Assembly: GCA_963827475.1 (NCBI GenBank)
Contig: CAWHAZ010000005.1
Span: 704,001 to 768,000, forward strand
DNA: 64,000 nucleotides
Reading direction: 5' to 3'
DNA from: an uncultured Chloroflexia bacterium
Lineage (GTDB): Bacteria; Chloroflexota; Limnocylindria; QHBO01
Below, in pieces: positions 10,849 to 21,764 of this stretch. The translations under genes were made by a program, and so were the position numbers. How positions within the stretch are numbered: the stretch's first letter is position 1; each line of letters starts with the position of its first letter. Below the pieces are notes generated by a model. It made no database searches. It was not told the origin of the DNA and was given only the letters and a program-made list of their open reading frames with translations.

Positions 10849-13489
10849 GTGCAGGCCCTGCCCGCGGCCGACATTCGCGAGCGATTCCAGCGCTTCTTCG
10901 AGGCGCGCGGCCACACCCGGGTCCCGCCCGCACCGCTCCTGGCCCGCGACGATCCGACACTCCTGTTCACGAACTCCGGCATGGTCCAGTTCAAGCGCGT
11001 CCTGACCGGGGAAGAGACGCGCGACTACAAGCGCGCCGTTGACAGCCAGCCCTGCCTGCGCGTGGCGGGCAAGCACAACGACTTCGAGGAGGTCGGCCGC
11101 ACACCCCGCCACCATTCCCTGTTCGAGATGCTCGGCAACTGGAGCTTCGGCGACTACTTCAAGACCGAGGCCATCCACTGGGCGTGGGAGTTCCTGACCG
11201 ATGAGCTCGGGATCGACCCTGACCGCCTGGCCGCCACCGTCTATACCGATGACGACGACGCCCACCGGGTCTGGTCCACCGAAATCGGTCTGCCGCCCGA
11301 GCGCCTCCTTCGGTGGGGGAACATCGAAGCCGGGGACGACCACAACTTCTGGCAGATGGCCGACGTCGGGCCGTGCGGACCGTGCAGCGAGATCCATTTC
11401 GACCGCGGCGCGGAGCTGAGCGAAGGCCCGGAGTGCGTGCCGGACCACTCGGAGCACTGCCCGCGCTGGCTCGAGGTCTGGAACCTGGTGTTCATGCAGT
11501 ACGACCGCGCCGCGGACGGGACGCTGACACCACTCCCCTTCCAGAGCGTGGACACCGGGATGGGCCTGGAGCGGATCGCATCGGTCCTGCAGGGGGTCGA
11601 CAGCAACTACCGAACCGACCTGTTCACGCCGATCATCGACCGCCTGGCTGACCACCTCGGCCACCGGCCGGAAGATGTCGAGGCCGAGCGGTTCAGCTAC
11701 CAGGTCGTGGCCGACCACTCGCGGGCGATGACCTTCCTGATCGGTGAAGGCGTGCGTCCGGGGAACGAGGGCTCCGGGTACGTCCTGCGCCGGATCATGC
11801 GCCGCGCCGTTCGCCACGTGCGGCTGATGGGGATCAGCGCTCCGGTGCTGGGGGAGACCTGCGCGGCGGTCATCGACCTGATGGGGGCGGCCTACCCGGT
11901 CCTCGCCGAGCGAAGCGAGGAGATCCTGGCGGAGGTGCGCGCCGAGGAGTCCCGCTTCACGAGGACCCTCGAGGCAGGGTCGGAGCGGCTGGCCCAGCTG
12001 GTCGAGACGGCCGGTGTGAGCGGCCAGATCAGCGGTGACGAGGCATTCCGCCTCCATGACACGTTTGGCTTCCCGATCGACCTCACGATCGAGATCGCCG
12101 CCGAGTCCGGTGTGACGGTCGACCGTCCGGGCTTCGACGCGGCAATGGACGCCCAGCGCGAGCGTTCGAAGCGAACCGTGACCAAGCGCTTCACCGCTGA
12201 CGCCGCGATCGCGGGGCTGAAGAGCGAATTCATCGGATATCCGAACGAAACCGAGGCCGATGGGCTCGCCGTGCTCGCGGTCGGGCCCGTCGAGGACGGC
12301 GGAAGCGCCGTGGTCTTGGATCAAGACCCCGTTCTACGCGGAGGGGGGCGGCCAGATCGGGGATCGCGGCGAGCTGGTCGGCGACCGGGGCCGGCTCACG
12401 GTGTCCGACACGCAGCGTGATGGCGACGCGATCGTCCACCTCGGGACCCTGGAGGGCGACCTCCAGGAAGGCGACCGCGTCGGCGCGCAGGTCGACGCCG
12501 AGCGGCGCTGGGCGGCGGCCCGCAACCATACCGCCACCCATCTGCTCCACCGCGCGCTGCGCACCGTGCTCGGGGAGCAGGCCAAGCAGGCGGGGAGCTG
12601 GGTCGGGCCCGAGGCGTTGCGCTTCGACTTCCCGGCGGACGCGCCAACCTCGCGCGAGGACCTGGGCCGGGTCGAGGCCATCGTCAACGAGCAGGTCCGG
12701 CGCAACCTGGAGGTGACCCCGACCTGGATGCCGCTGGCCGAGGCGCAGGCCTCCGGCGCGGACATGTTCTTCGGGGAGAAGTACCTGCCCGACTCGGTCC
12801 GGGTCGTGGCCTGCGGCGACTTCTCGCGCGAGCTGTGCGGCGGGACGCACCTGTCCGCCACCGGCCAGATCGGCTCGTTCCGGATCACCGGCGAGTCGAG
12901 CATCGGCGCCGGCCTGCGCCGGATCGAGGCGGTCACCGGCGCGGGCGCCGAAGTCCTGATCGCGACTCGCCTCGAGGCGCTGCGCAGCGCCGCCCAGCTG
13001 CTCGGCGTGCGCGACGAGGAGGTCCCGACCCGGGTCGAGGCGCTCCTCGCGCGCGTCCGCGAGGCCGAGCGTGCCGATCGCGCCACGGCCCAACCGCGCG
13101 CGCGCCTCGATGCGGCCGCCGCGCTGCGCGAGGCGCAGGAGGCGGGGGACACCGCGGTCGTGGTACAGCGCTATCCCGAGGCTGACCCGGGTTCGCTGCG
13201 CACCCTCGTCGACGATCTGCGGGGCGCGACTGGTCGCTTCGTGGCGGTCGTCGCGGGCGCCGCGGACGGACAGGCCACCGTGGTCGTGGCGGCCAGCCGC
13301 GACCTGGCCGGCGAGGGGTTCGACGCCGCCGCCGTCGTTCGCCAGGTGGCGCCCCTGATCAAGGGCGGGGGCGGCGGTCGGCCGGAGATGGCGCAGGCCG
13401 GAGGCTCCGACCCGGATGGGCTGGACGCCGCCGTCGGCGAGGCGACGCGCCTGGCGCTCGAGTCGCTCCGCGCTCTCGAGGCCGGGTGA
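10849..13489 (+). CDS. alaS: Alanine--tRNA ligase, frameshift near 12320
   Basis: DPTLLFTNSGM, FEMLGNWSFGDY, GYVLRRIMRR; second frame TPFYAEGGGQ, NHTATHLL, ELCGGTH, GGGGRPEMAQAGG. Confidence 0.95.
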
Positions 13490-13512
13490 TCGCGGCGCGG
13501 GGCGAGCGACCG

Positions 13513-13926
13513 ATGGGTCGGGTGATCGGGGTGGACCATGGAGCTCGGCGGGTGGGGCTGGCGGTCGGGGACGAGGAGACCGGGATGGCCTTTCCCCGAT
13601 CAACCGTGTCGGCCGCCGGGGCGGCGGAGGTGATCGCCCGGCTGGCGGCGGAGGAGGGCACCGAAAGGGTGGTCGTCGGACTGCCGCGGAACATGGACGG
13701 CAGCGAGGGCCCGCAGGCGGCGGCGGCCCGGGCATTCGGGCAGGAGCTGGCCAAGCGCGGCCTCATTGTCGCCTTCACCGACGAGCGGCTAACGACCTGG
13801 GAAGCGGAGGAGCGGACCAAGGCAGCCGATCGCCCGCGGAGCGCGAACGCGATAGACTCTGCCGCCGCCGCCCTCATCCTTGAGCAGTTCTTCGCCGATC
13901 GCCGGCGGCATCCCGAGGAGCCTTGA
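13513..13926 (+). CDS. ruvX: Holliday junction resolvase-like RuvX/YqgF
   Basis: GVDHGARRVGLA, VVGLP, DERLTT, IDSAAAALIL; follows alaS. Confidence 0.93.
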   Translation: MGRVIGVDHGARRVGLAVGDEETGMAFPRSTVSAAGAAEVIARLAAEEGTERVVVGLPRNMDGSEGPQAAAARAFGQELAKRGLIVAFTDERLTTWEAEERTKAADRPRSANAIDSAAAALILEQFFADRRRHPEEP

Positions 13927-15242
13927 TGTACGACCCATCCCTGACGCCCGCCGAGCAGGAGCAGGTGCGCAACGCCCGCATTCGCCGGCTGCGTGCGGAG
14001 CGGGAGAGCAGCCTGCGCCGCCGGGGGACCCGTCGCCTGCAGCCCCTCGTCCTGCTGGGCTGGATCGGCGGGGTCATCGCCCTGACCGTGATCGTGCTCT
14101 ATCTCGGCGTGCTCGCCCTCTCGCCGGCGATCATGGCGTGGATCGAGGAGCGGCCGACCCTCATCCAGAACGACCTGGTCGTGGACTTCGTGAACTGGTA
14201 CGACCCCGACGCGATCGCCGATACCCCGGCGAGCGACACCTACCAGCGGATGAGCATCGAGATTCCGCCTGGAGCGACCGACGCGTTCATCGGCGAGCTT
14301 CTCGTCGACCGCAACCTCATCCACAGCGAGCTCGCCTTCCACTACCAGGTCTACCAGGCCGAGCGCTCGGGCGACCTCCATGCCGGCGTGTACGACCTGT
14401 CGCCGACGTTCACCCCTTCGTTCATCATCGGCGCCCTCCGCCAGGAAACGGGTCCGGAAGTCACGGTCACGATCATCGAGGGCCTCCGCCTCGAGGAGCT
14501 CGTCGCCTTCATCGGCACAACTAACCTGACCATGAACCTCGACGAGTTCCGCCAGCTGGTCTTCACGCCGCCGCCGGACCTCCTCAGCGCCTACCCATTC
14601 CTCGCCGAGCTGCCCGCCGGCCGCACGCTGGAGGGGTACCTCTACCCCGACACCTATCAGTTCTTCGCCAACGCCACCGCGCGCGACGTCGTCGATCGAC
14701 TGCTCGCCACCTTCGACGCACGGGTGACCCAGGACATCCGCGACCAGCTGGCGGCCCGGGGACTGACCATCGACTACGCGGTCCGGCTGGCCTCGATCGT
14801 GGAGCGCGAAGCGGTTCTCGACACGGAGCGGCCGCTGATCGCCGGCGTCTACACCCAGCGGCTGACGACCTCCGGCTGGCGCCTGGATGCGGACCCGACC
14901 CTCCAATGGGGCCTGTCCACCGCCGAATACGGCGGGCTGCCGCCGGCCGAGTGGGGGACGGTCAGCTGGTGGCGGCCGCTGCCGGCCGGCGGGGCGGAGA
15001 TCGTCCTGCCCGAGGCGCTGCTGCCGTACCAGACCTACCAGGTCGTGGGCCTGCCGCCCACGCCGATCGCCTCGCCACGACTGGCTTCGATCCAGGCCGC
15101 CGCCTTCCCGGATCAGTCCCAGGGCTACTTCTTCTTCGTCGCTGCCTGTCCGAACGGCGTGCGTGACGGCTCGCATCGGTTTGCCCAGACGTTGGCACAG
15201 CACGAGGCCAACATCGCCCAGGCCAGTGCGGAATGCCCGTGA
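13926..15242 (+). CDS. mltG: Endolytic transglycosylase MltG
   Basis: N-terminal TM, LEGYLYPDTY, LASIVERE, DADPT, GLPPTPIASP, YFFFVA. Confidence 0.92.
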   Translation: MYDPSLTPAEQEQVRNARIRRLRAERESSLRRRGTRRLQPLVLLGWIGGVIALTVIVLYLGVLALSPAIMAWIEERPTLIQNDLVVDFVNWYDPDAIADTPASDTYQRMSIEIPPGATDAFIGELLVDRNLIHSELAFHYQVYQAERSGDLHAGVYDLSPTFTPSFIIGALRQETGPEVTVTIIEGLRLEELVAFIGTTNLTMNLDEFRQLVFTPPPDLLSAYPFLAELPAGRTLEGYLYPDTYQFFANATARDVVDRLLATFDARVTQDIRDQLAARGLTIDYAVRLASIVEREAVLDTERPLIAGVYTQRLTTSGWRLDADPTLQWGLSTAEYGGLPPAEWGTVSWWRPLPAGGAEIVLPEALLPYQTYQVVGLPPTPIASPRLASIQAAAFPDQSQGYFFFVAACPNGVRDGSHRFAQTLAQHEANIAQASAECP

Positions 15243-16399
15243 CCGATCAACGCGACGGTCCATCGGCCGATCCCTTCGTCGCCGAGCGACCGGCGCGCCT
15301 TGCCGCCCTGCGGAAGCTCATCGGAGAGTTGGACCTCGACGGCGTCCTGGTCCAGTCCCGGACCACCAGCCGGTACCTCTCCGGCTTCACCGTGCGACGC
15401 GGCGACGAGTCCACCTCCGGGTACTCCGGTTCGCTCCTCGTCACGCCCGATGGCGCCTGGCTCCTGGTCGACAACCGCTACGTCGAGCAGGCGGCGGCCG
15501 AAGCGCCCGGCTGGGAGGTCGTTCTGACCTCGGACCCGCTCAATGTCGAGCTGCCGCGCCTCCTGGGCCCGGCCGGAGTCCGTCGCCTCGGCATGGAGGC
15601 GGACCGAACGTCGCACGCCGCGTGGCAGGCCATCGATGCGTCCCGCGACGACCTGGAGCTCGCCCCCGTCGAGCAATCCCTGGCGCAGCTCCGGATCACG
15701 AAGAGTCCCGCGGAGATTGCGGCCATCGGCCGCGCCTGTGCGCTGGGCGACGAGGCCTTCGCCTACCTGTGCGCCACCGTCCAGCCGGGAATGACCGAAC
15801 GGGCGGTAGCCCGCCTGATCGCCACCTACTTCGAGGACCGCGGGGCGGAGGACCTGGCCTTCGACAGCATCGTCCTCGTCGGGGCGCGGGCGTCGATGCC
15901 GCACGGCACACCGGGTTCGACCAGGGTCCAGGCCGGCCGGGGCCTGCTCCTGGACTTTGGCTGCCAGGTCGATGGGTACCGGTCGGACATGACCAGGACC
16001 GTGTTCGTCGGAGAGCCGGACGAGGCGGCACGCCGCCGGCATGACGCGGTCCAGGAGGCGCAGCGGGCGGCACTCGAAGCGGTCGTCGTCGGGGTCCCGG
16101 CCTCCGTTCCCCACGAGGCGGCACGAGACTCGCTGGCCGCGGCAGGGTACCCGGAGGCCTTCAGCCACGGCGTGGGCCACGGTATCGGGCTCGACACGCA
16201 CGAGCCGCCCGCCCTGAAGAAGGCGTCCGAGGCGACGCTGCAGGCGGGGATGGTGTTCAGCATCGAGCCCGGCCTCTACCTGCCGGGGGACATCGGGATC
16301 CGGATCGAGGACATCGTCGCCCTGGACGAGACCGGGCCCCGGCTCCTGACCCAGGCCCCGCGCGGGGCGGTCGTCATCGGTGCAGCGGTGGCCGCATGA
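15239..16399 (+). CDS. Xaa-Pro aminopeptidase (M24B)
   Basis: Creatinase N-domain, DFGC..YRSDMTRT, HGVGHGIGL.HE.P, SIEPGLY, GIRIED. Confidence 0.92.
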   Translation: MTDQRDGPSADPFVAERPARLAALRKLIGELDLDGVLVQSRTTSRYLSGFTVRRGDESTSGYSGSLLVTPDGAWLLVDNRYVEQAAAEAPGWEVVLTSDPLNVELPRLLGPAGVRRLGMEADRTSHAAWQAIDASRDDLELAPVEQSLAQLRITKSPAEIAAIGRACALGDEAFAYLCATVQPGMTERAVARLIATYFEDRGAEDLAFDSIVLVGARASMPHGTPGSTRVQAGRGLLLDFGCQVDGYRSDMTRTVFVGEPDEAARRRHDAVQEAQRAALEAVVVGVPASVPHEAARDSLAAAGYPEAFSHGVGHGIGLDTHEPPALKKASEATLQAGMVFSIEPGLYLPGDIGIRIEDIVALDETGPRLLTQAPRGAVVIGAAVAA

Positions 16400-16956
16400 T
16401 CAGCAGCGGCGAGGTCCGCAAGGGGATCGTCATCGAGCTGGACGGGCAGCCGGTGCGTGTCCTCGACTGGAGCCACATCAAGATGGCGCGCGGATCGGCC
16501 CAGGTCCGGCTGAAGATCCAGAACGTGCGGTCAGGGGCCATCACCGAGCGCACCTTTCAGGCCGGCACACGCTGGCCGCGGGCCCGCGTCGAGCAACGCA
16601 AGGTGCAGTACCTCTACAGCGACGGCGACGCGTACCACTTCATGGACTCGGAGACGTACGACCAGTTCGCCATCTCCGGCGCCACGCTGGGGGACGACGC
16701 CCGGTTCCTGAAGGAGAACACCGAGGTCCTCGTGTCGTCCTACGAGGGCGAGGTCCTCGGCGTCGAGCTGCCGGTGACGGTTGACCTCCGGGTCGCGCAG
16801 ACCGATCCCGGCTTCGCCGGCGACACGGCCACCGGCGCCCGAAAGGCCGCCACCCTCGAAACCGGCCTCGTCGTCCAGGTCCCCCTGTTCGTCAACGAGG
16901 GCGACCTGCTCCGGATCGACACCCGGACCGGCGAGTACCAGACCCGCCTCCAGTAG
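16396..16956 (+). CDS. efp: Elongation factor P
   Basis: QYLY, YHFMD.ETYDQ, GDTA, VPLF, IDTRTGEY. Confidence 0.97.
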   Translation: MISSGEVRKGIVIELDGQPVRVLDWSHIKMARGSAQVRLKIQNVRSGAITERTFQAGTRWPRARVEQRKVQYLYSDGDAYHFMDSETYDQFAISGATLGDDARFLKENTEVLVSSYEGEVLGVELPVTVDLRVAQTDPGFAGDTATGARKAATLETGLVVQVPLFVNEGDLLRIDTRTGEYQTRLQ

Positions 16957-16977
16957 GCGTCGGCGGGCCGCAGACCG

Positions 16978-18222
16978 ATGACCGTCGAGCCCCAGACCAC
17001 CACCAGCCCGCGCGTGTGGCGGGTGTCCGACCTCAACCGCCGCGTCCGCGGCCTCCTCGACGCCGACCGCGCCCTGGCCGACGTCTGGGTCGAGGGCGAG
17101 GTCAGCGGGCCGAGCTACCCGCCGTCCGGGCACTGCTTCTTCACGCTCAAGGACGCGCACAGCCAGATTCGGGCCGTCCTGTTCCGCGAGGAGCTGGCCC
17201 GAGCCACCGTTCGTCCCGAGCACGGCGCCCAGCTCGTGTGCCACGGTCGGGTGCGGGCGTACGAGCCGCAGGGCGTGTACCAGCTGTACGTCGAATCGGT
17301 CACGCCGGTCGGGGCCGGTGACCTCCATGCCCAGTACGAGGCGCTGCGCGCCCGCCTGGCCGAGGAGGGTCTGTTCGCCGAGGCGCGCAAGCGGCCGTTG
17401 CCGCGCTGGCCGCGCCGGATCGGGGTCGTGACCTCCCCGGTGGGCGCGGTGTGGGACGACATCTGCACCGTGCTGCGGCGCCGCTACCCGATGGTCGAGC
17501 TCGTGCTGTCGCCGACCGCCGTCCAGGGCGGGATCGCCGCACCGGCGATCATCCGCGCCCTGAAGCGGCTGTACGCGGTACGTGACCTCGATCTCGTCAT
17601 CCTGGCGCGCGGCGGCGGGTCGATCGAGGACCTGTGGGGATTCAACGACGAGCAGGTGGTCCGGACGGTGGTCGCCGCCCCGGTCCCCGTCGTGGTCGGC
17701 GTCGGCCACGAGAGTGACGTCACCCTGGCCGACTTCGCCGCCGACCGCCGCGCCCCGACCCCGTCGGCCGCGGCCGAGATCGCCGTCCCGGACGGCACCC
17801 AGCTGCCCGCCATCCTGAACCGCCTCGGGGAGCGGTCGGCAGCGGCGATGAACGCCCGGCTGGTCGCCGCGTCCCGGGCGGTCCGTGGCGAAGGGCGCGC
17901 CCTCGCCGGCCTGCAACCCGACCTCGCCGGGGCGCGCCAACGCGCCGCGGAGCTGCTCGATCGCTCGCACCGTGCCACCACCGCCGGCGTGGAGCGTCGT
18001 ACGCTGGCGATGGCGGGGCTGCGCGACGCGCTGCGGGCGCTCGGCCCGGTGGCCACCCTGGAGCGTGGCTATGCCGTCGCCCGCCGGGCGGATGGCATGA
18101 TCATCCGCGACCCGACCGAGGTGGCCGCCGGCGACGACCTCGAGGTCATCGTGGCCCGCGGCGCCGTCCGCAGCCGCGTGACCACGGTGCACCCCGGCGA
18201 GATGGAGGAGCTGCTCGGATGA
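16978..18222 (+). CDS. xseA: Exodeoxyribonuclease VII large subunit
   Basis: WVEGEVS, SGH.FFTLKD, RGGGSIEDLW.FN, GVGHE.D, PTPSAAAE. Confidence 0.96.
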   Translation: MTVEPQTTTSPRVWRVSDLNRRVRGLLDADRALADVWVEGEVSGPSYPPSGHCFFTLKDAHSQIRAVLFREELARATVRPEHGAQLVCHGRVRAYEPQGVYQLYVESVTPVGAGDLHAQYEALRARLAEEGLFAEARKRPLPRWPRRIGVVTSPVGAVWDDICTVLRRRYPMVELVLSPTAVQGGIAAPAIIRALKRLYAVRDLDLVILARGGGSIEDLWGFNDEQVVRTVVAAPVPVVVGVGHESDVTLADFAADRRAPTPSAAAEIAVPDGTQLPAILNRLGERSAAAMNARLVAASRAVRGEGRALAGLQPDLAGARQRAAELLDRSHRATTAGVERRTLAMAGLRDALRALGPVATLERGYAVARRADGMIIRDPTEVAAGDDLEVIVARGAVRSRVTTVHPGEMEELLG

Positions 18223-18524
18223 CGGACCAGGCGACGCCGCCGACGACCGACGATCTGGCCGCGCGGCCGTTCGACGAGCTCGTCGCCGAACTCCAGCGCA
18301 TCGTGCAGACGCTGGAGGCGGGGCGAGTCGGCCTCGAGGAGAGCATCGCCCTCTATCGCGAAGGCCTGCGCCTCCACGCCGCGTGCGAGGAGCGGCTGAA
18401 GGCCGCGGAGCTGACCATCACCGAGCTCGGCCGGCGGGGCCTCGCCGGGGCCGAGCCGGAAGCGGCCGCTCCCACGGGGGATGCTGCGACCGAGCGACCG
18501 ATGGAGCCACCGGCCGAGGACTGA
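18219..18524 (+). CDS. xseB: Exodeoxyribonuclease VII small subunit
   Basis: FDELVAEL.RIV..LE.G..LEESIALY.EG. Confidence 0.93.
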   Translation: MTDQATPPTTDDLAARPFDELVAELQRIVQTLEAGRVGLEESIALYREGLRLHAACEERLKAAELTITELGRRGLAGAEPEAAAPTGDAATERPMEPPAED

Positions 18525-18579
18525 GCGCCAGACCGGCCGGGCGGTCCCGGCCGGGCATCGGTCTATACTCGCCTCCGTT

Positions 18580-20553
18580 TTGACCGCGACCCCGTCCCTG
18601 CTAGATCGCGTCACCGAGCCCGGCCAGCTGCGGTCCATGACCGACGCCGAGCTCGATCAGCTGGCGCTGGAGCTGCGCGAGAAGATGATCCGGACCGTCC
18701 AGCAGACCGGCGGCCACCTGGCCTCCTCGCTCGGCGCGGTCGAGATCGCCATCGCCCTGCACCGGGTGATGGACTCGCCGCGCGACCGGATCGTGTGGGA
18801 CACCGGCCACCAGGCGTACGCCCACAAGCTGCTCACCGGGCGGGCGGCCGCGTTCGGCAGCCTGCGCCAGGTCGACGGCATCGGAGGCTTCCCTCGTCGC
18901 ACCGAGAGCGACCACGACGTGTTCGATGGGGGCCACGCCGGGACCGGGGTGAGCATCGCCGCCGGCCTGGCCGCGGCCCGGGACCTGCTCCCCGCCGGCG
19001 ACCCGGGCCGCAGGCAGCGGATCGCGGTCTGCGTCGGCGACGCCGCTCTTGCCAGCGGCCTGACTCTCGAGGCCCTGAACCACCTGGGCCAGATCCACAG
19101 TCGGCTGTTGATCGTGCTCAACGACAACGAGATGAGCATCAGCCCCTCTGTCGGCGGGATCTCGACCCGCCTGAACCGGCTCCGCCTGTCCCGCGCCTAC
19201 CAGGGCACGAAGTCGGTCACCGCCCGGGTCCTGCCCCGCATCCCGCTCATCGGCCGCCCGGCGTACGACGCCCTTGCCTGGGCGAAGGAGGGCTTCAAGC
19301 GGTCGTGGGCCAAGGTCTCGTTCTTCGAGGACATGGGCATCACCTACATCGGTGTCCTCGACGGCCATGACCGATCCGACCTCGAGCAGGCCTTCGAGTC
19401 GGCCTTCCAGATCGACCGACCGGTCCTCATCCACGTGAAGACGATCAAGGGCCGTGGCTATGCTCCCGCCGAGCGGGACAGCCAGGCGTTCCACGGCGCG
19501 AGCCTGCCGCCGATCGACCTCGGCCTGATCGACCCCACCGAGGAGCCGCTGCCACCGCCCGGCGCGACCCGGCGCAAGCCGAAGACCTACACCCACGTCT
19601 TCACCGAGGAGCTGCTCCGCCTGGCGGCCACCGACCCGCGGATCTGCGCGATCACCGCCGGCATGCCGACCGGCACCGGGCTGGCCGCGTTCCAGGAGCG
19701 ATACCCGGACCGATTCTTCGACGTCGGGATCGCCGAGCAGCACGCGGTGACGATGGCCACCGGACTGGCCCTGGCCGGGATGCGACCGGTGGTCGCGATC
19801 TACTCCACCTTCAGCCAGCGCGCGTTCGACCAGGTCGTCCACGACGTGTGCCAGAACGACGCCCCCGTCCTGCTGGCCATCGACCGCGCCGGGTTGGTCG
19901 GAGAGGACGGCACGAGCCACCAGGGGATGTTCACCCTCCCCGCTCAGCGGGCCCTGCCGAACCTGGTCATCGGCTCCCCGAAGGACGAGCAGGAGCTGCG
20001 GGACATGGTGGTGACCGCCCTGGGCCACGACGGACCGATCTCGATCCACTACCCCCGCGACGCCGGCGAGGACCTGCCCGATCGCGACGGCCGCCCGCTC
20101 GAAATCGGCGTCGGGGACCTGCTCGAGGAGGGCGATGACCTGTTGCTGGTCGGATTCGGACCGATCGTCCAACGACTGCGAGCGGCGGCCGCCGTCCTGC
20201 GCACGGCGGGGCTGTCGGCGACGGTGATCAATGCCCGTTGGGCCAAGCCCCTGGACGCCGACCTGCTGGCCCGCCACGCGGCCGGCAAGCGGCTGGTGGT
20301 GACCGCCGAGGAGAGTGCGGCGATGGGCGGGTTTGGCGACGGGGTGCTCGACGCCCTGAACCAGGCCGCCGTCCGTGCGCCGCTGCTCAAGATCGCGCTC
20401 AACGAGGGGTTCGTCGACCACGGGGCGGTCGACGACCTGCGGCGACAGCAGCGGATCGACGTCCCAGGCATCGTGGCCCGCATCAGCGAGGCGCTCGGGA
20501 TCGAGGTCCCTTCCGACGAGCGCGAGGCCGCCCCAACCTCCACCGCCGCCTGA
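18580..20553 (+). CDS. dxs: 1-deoxy-D-xylulose-5-phosphate synthase
   Basis: GGHLASSLG.VE, DTGHQAYAHK, LNDNEMSI, DVGIAEQHA, IYSTF.QR, DRAG. Confidence 0.96.
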   Translation: MTATPSLLDRVTEPGQLRSMTDAELDQLALELREKMIRTVQQTGGHLASSLGAVEIAIALHRVMDSPRDRIVWDTGHQAYAHKLLTGRAAAFGSLRQVDGIGGFPRRTESDHDVFDGGHAGTGVSIAAGLAAARDLLPAGDPGRRQRIAVCVGDAALASGLTLEALNHLGQIHSRLLIVLNDNEMSISPSVGGISTRLNRLRLSRAYQGTKSVTARVLPRIPLIGRPAYDALAWAKEGFKRSWAKVSFFEDMGITYIGVLDGHDRSDLEQAFESAFQIDRPVLIHVKTIKGRGYAPAERDSQAFHGASLPPIDLGLIDPTEEPLPPPGATRRKPKTYTHVFTEELLRLAATDPRICAITAGMPTGTGLAAFQERYPDRFFDVGIAEQHAVTMATGLALAGMRPVVAIYSTFSQRAFDQVVHDVCQNDAPVLLAIDRAGLVGEDGTSHQGMFTLPAQRALPNLVIGSPKDEQELRDMVVTALGHDGPISIHYPRDAGEDLPDRDGRPLEIGVGDLLEEGDDLLLVGFGPIVQRLRAAAAVLRTAGLSATVINARWAKPLDADLLARHAAGKRLVVTAEESAAMGGFGDGVLDALNQAAVRAPLLKIALNEGFVDHGAVDDLRRQQRIDVPGIVARISEALGIEVPSDEREAAPTSTAA

Positions 20554-20556
20554 CCG

Positions 20557-21420
20557 ATGCCCGGCCCGCGGCCGGGCGCCCGCGTCCGGGCTGACCAGCT
20601 CGCCGTCGACCGCGGACTCGCCCGCTCACGGTCCGAGGCGCAGGCCCTCCTGCTGGCCGGCGCGCTCCACCTCGAGGGCGCCGAAGGGCGCCGGCTGACG
20701 CCGGGCCAGCGGCTCGATCCCGGCGCGCCGCTCGTCCGTGACGACGGTCCGTCGTGGGCGTCGCGCGGCGCGGACAAGCTGGTGGCCGCCCTCGACGCGT
20801 TCGAGCTCGACGTCGCGGGAGCCGTCTGCCTCGACGCCGGCGCGTCGACCGGCGGCTTCACCGACGTCCTGCTGCGGCGCGGAGCGCGGCGGGTGTACGC
20901 GGTCGACGTGGGATACGGGCAGCTCCTGCCCCGGCTGGCCGAGGACGAGCGGGTCGTCGTCATGGACCGGACAAACCTGCGCACCCTGGAGGCGCTCCCC
21001 GAGCCGATCGACCTGGCGACCCTCGACCTGTCGTTCATCTCGCTCCGCCTCGTCCTCGACACGGTGCGCTCGAAGCTGAGCCCCGGCGGGCAGATCGTGG
21101 CCCTGGTCAAGCCCCAGTTCGAGGCCGGGCGGGCAGACGTACCGCGAGGCGGCGTCATCCGTGACCCCGCGGTCCACCGCCGGGTCCTGGTCCAGCTTGC
21201 CGTGGACGCCGCGGACGCGGGCCTCGAGCCGATGAGTCTGATCGCCTCGCCGCGCACGGGGCGTGAGGGCAACCGGGAGTTCCTGGCCCTCCTCCACCCG
21301 CTCCCGGAAGCCGGCGGTCGACCCGTCCCCGGAGGCGCGGCGTGGGACAACCTCGTCGATCGGGCGCTCTCCGGAAGCGGCGGGCCCTCCCCAGGACGTC
21401 GATCGCGTATTACGATCTGA
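20557..21420 (+). CDS. tlyA: TlyA-family rRNA 2'-O-methyltransferase
   Basis: S4 domain, SRG..KL, LDAGASTGGFTD, DLSFISL, KPQFE, GNREF. Confidence 0.94.
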   Translation: MPGPRPGARVRADQLAVDRGLARSRSEAQALLLAGALHLEGAEGRRLTPGQRLDPGAPLVRDDGPSWASRGADKLVAALDAFELDVAGAVCLDAGASTGGFTDVLLRRGARRVYAVDVGYGQLLPRLAEDERVVVMDRTNLRTLEALPEPIDLATLDLSFISLRLVLDTVRSKLSPGGQIVALVKPQFEAGRADVPRGGVIRDPAVHRRVLVQLAVDAADAGLEPMSLIASPRTGREGNREFLALLHPLPEAGGRPVPGGAAWDNLVDRALSGSGGPSPGRRSRITI

Positions 21421-21422
21421 CT

Positions 21423-21764
21423 GTGGCGAGGACCACCGCCCGCGCGCCCCGCGTCGAACAGCTGAGTGTCGGCTTCGACATCGAGCCCATACCCATCGGC
21501 CAGGAGCCGGCGTCGGACACGATGCGCCAGATCGTGTCGATCCGGATGCCCGACGCCCTCATCCAGCGGGTCGAGACCGTGGCCAAGTCCCGCGGCGTGT
21601 CCCCGTCGTCGCTCATGCGGGCGCTCATCGCCGCCGGGCTGGACCGCTCGTATGCCGCCCTGACCGAGTCCGAGGCCGCATCCGACCTGGCGGCCGAGCT
21701 CGCCGCCCTGCGGCAGCGGATCGAGGACATCGCCGCCAGCCTGGCCGCCGACCGCCCGTCGTGA
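21423..21764 (+). CDS. Ribbon-helix-helix (CopG-like) DNA-binding protein with C-terminal coiled coil
   Basis: IVSIRMPDALIQRVETVAKSRGVSPSSLMRALI pattern. Confidence 0.75.
   Translation: MARTTARAPRVEQLSVGFDIEPIPIGQEPASDTMRQIVSIRMPDALIQRVETVAKSRGVSPSSLMRALIAAGLDRSYAALTESEAASDLAAELAALRQRIEDIAASLAADRPS

Noticed and set aside
12310-12330. Programmed ribosomal frameshift in alaS or other split genes
   Set aside because: No slippery heptamer or stimulatory structure seen; the window-wide indel pattern explains it.
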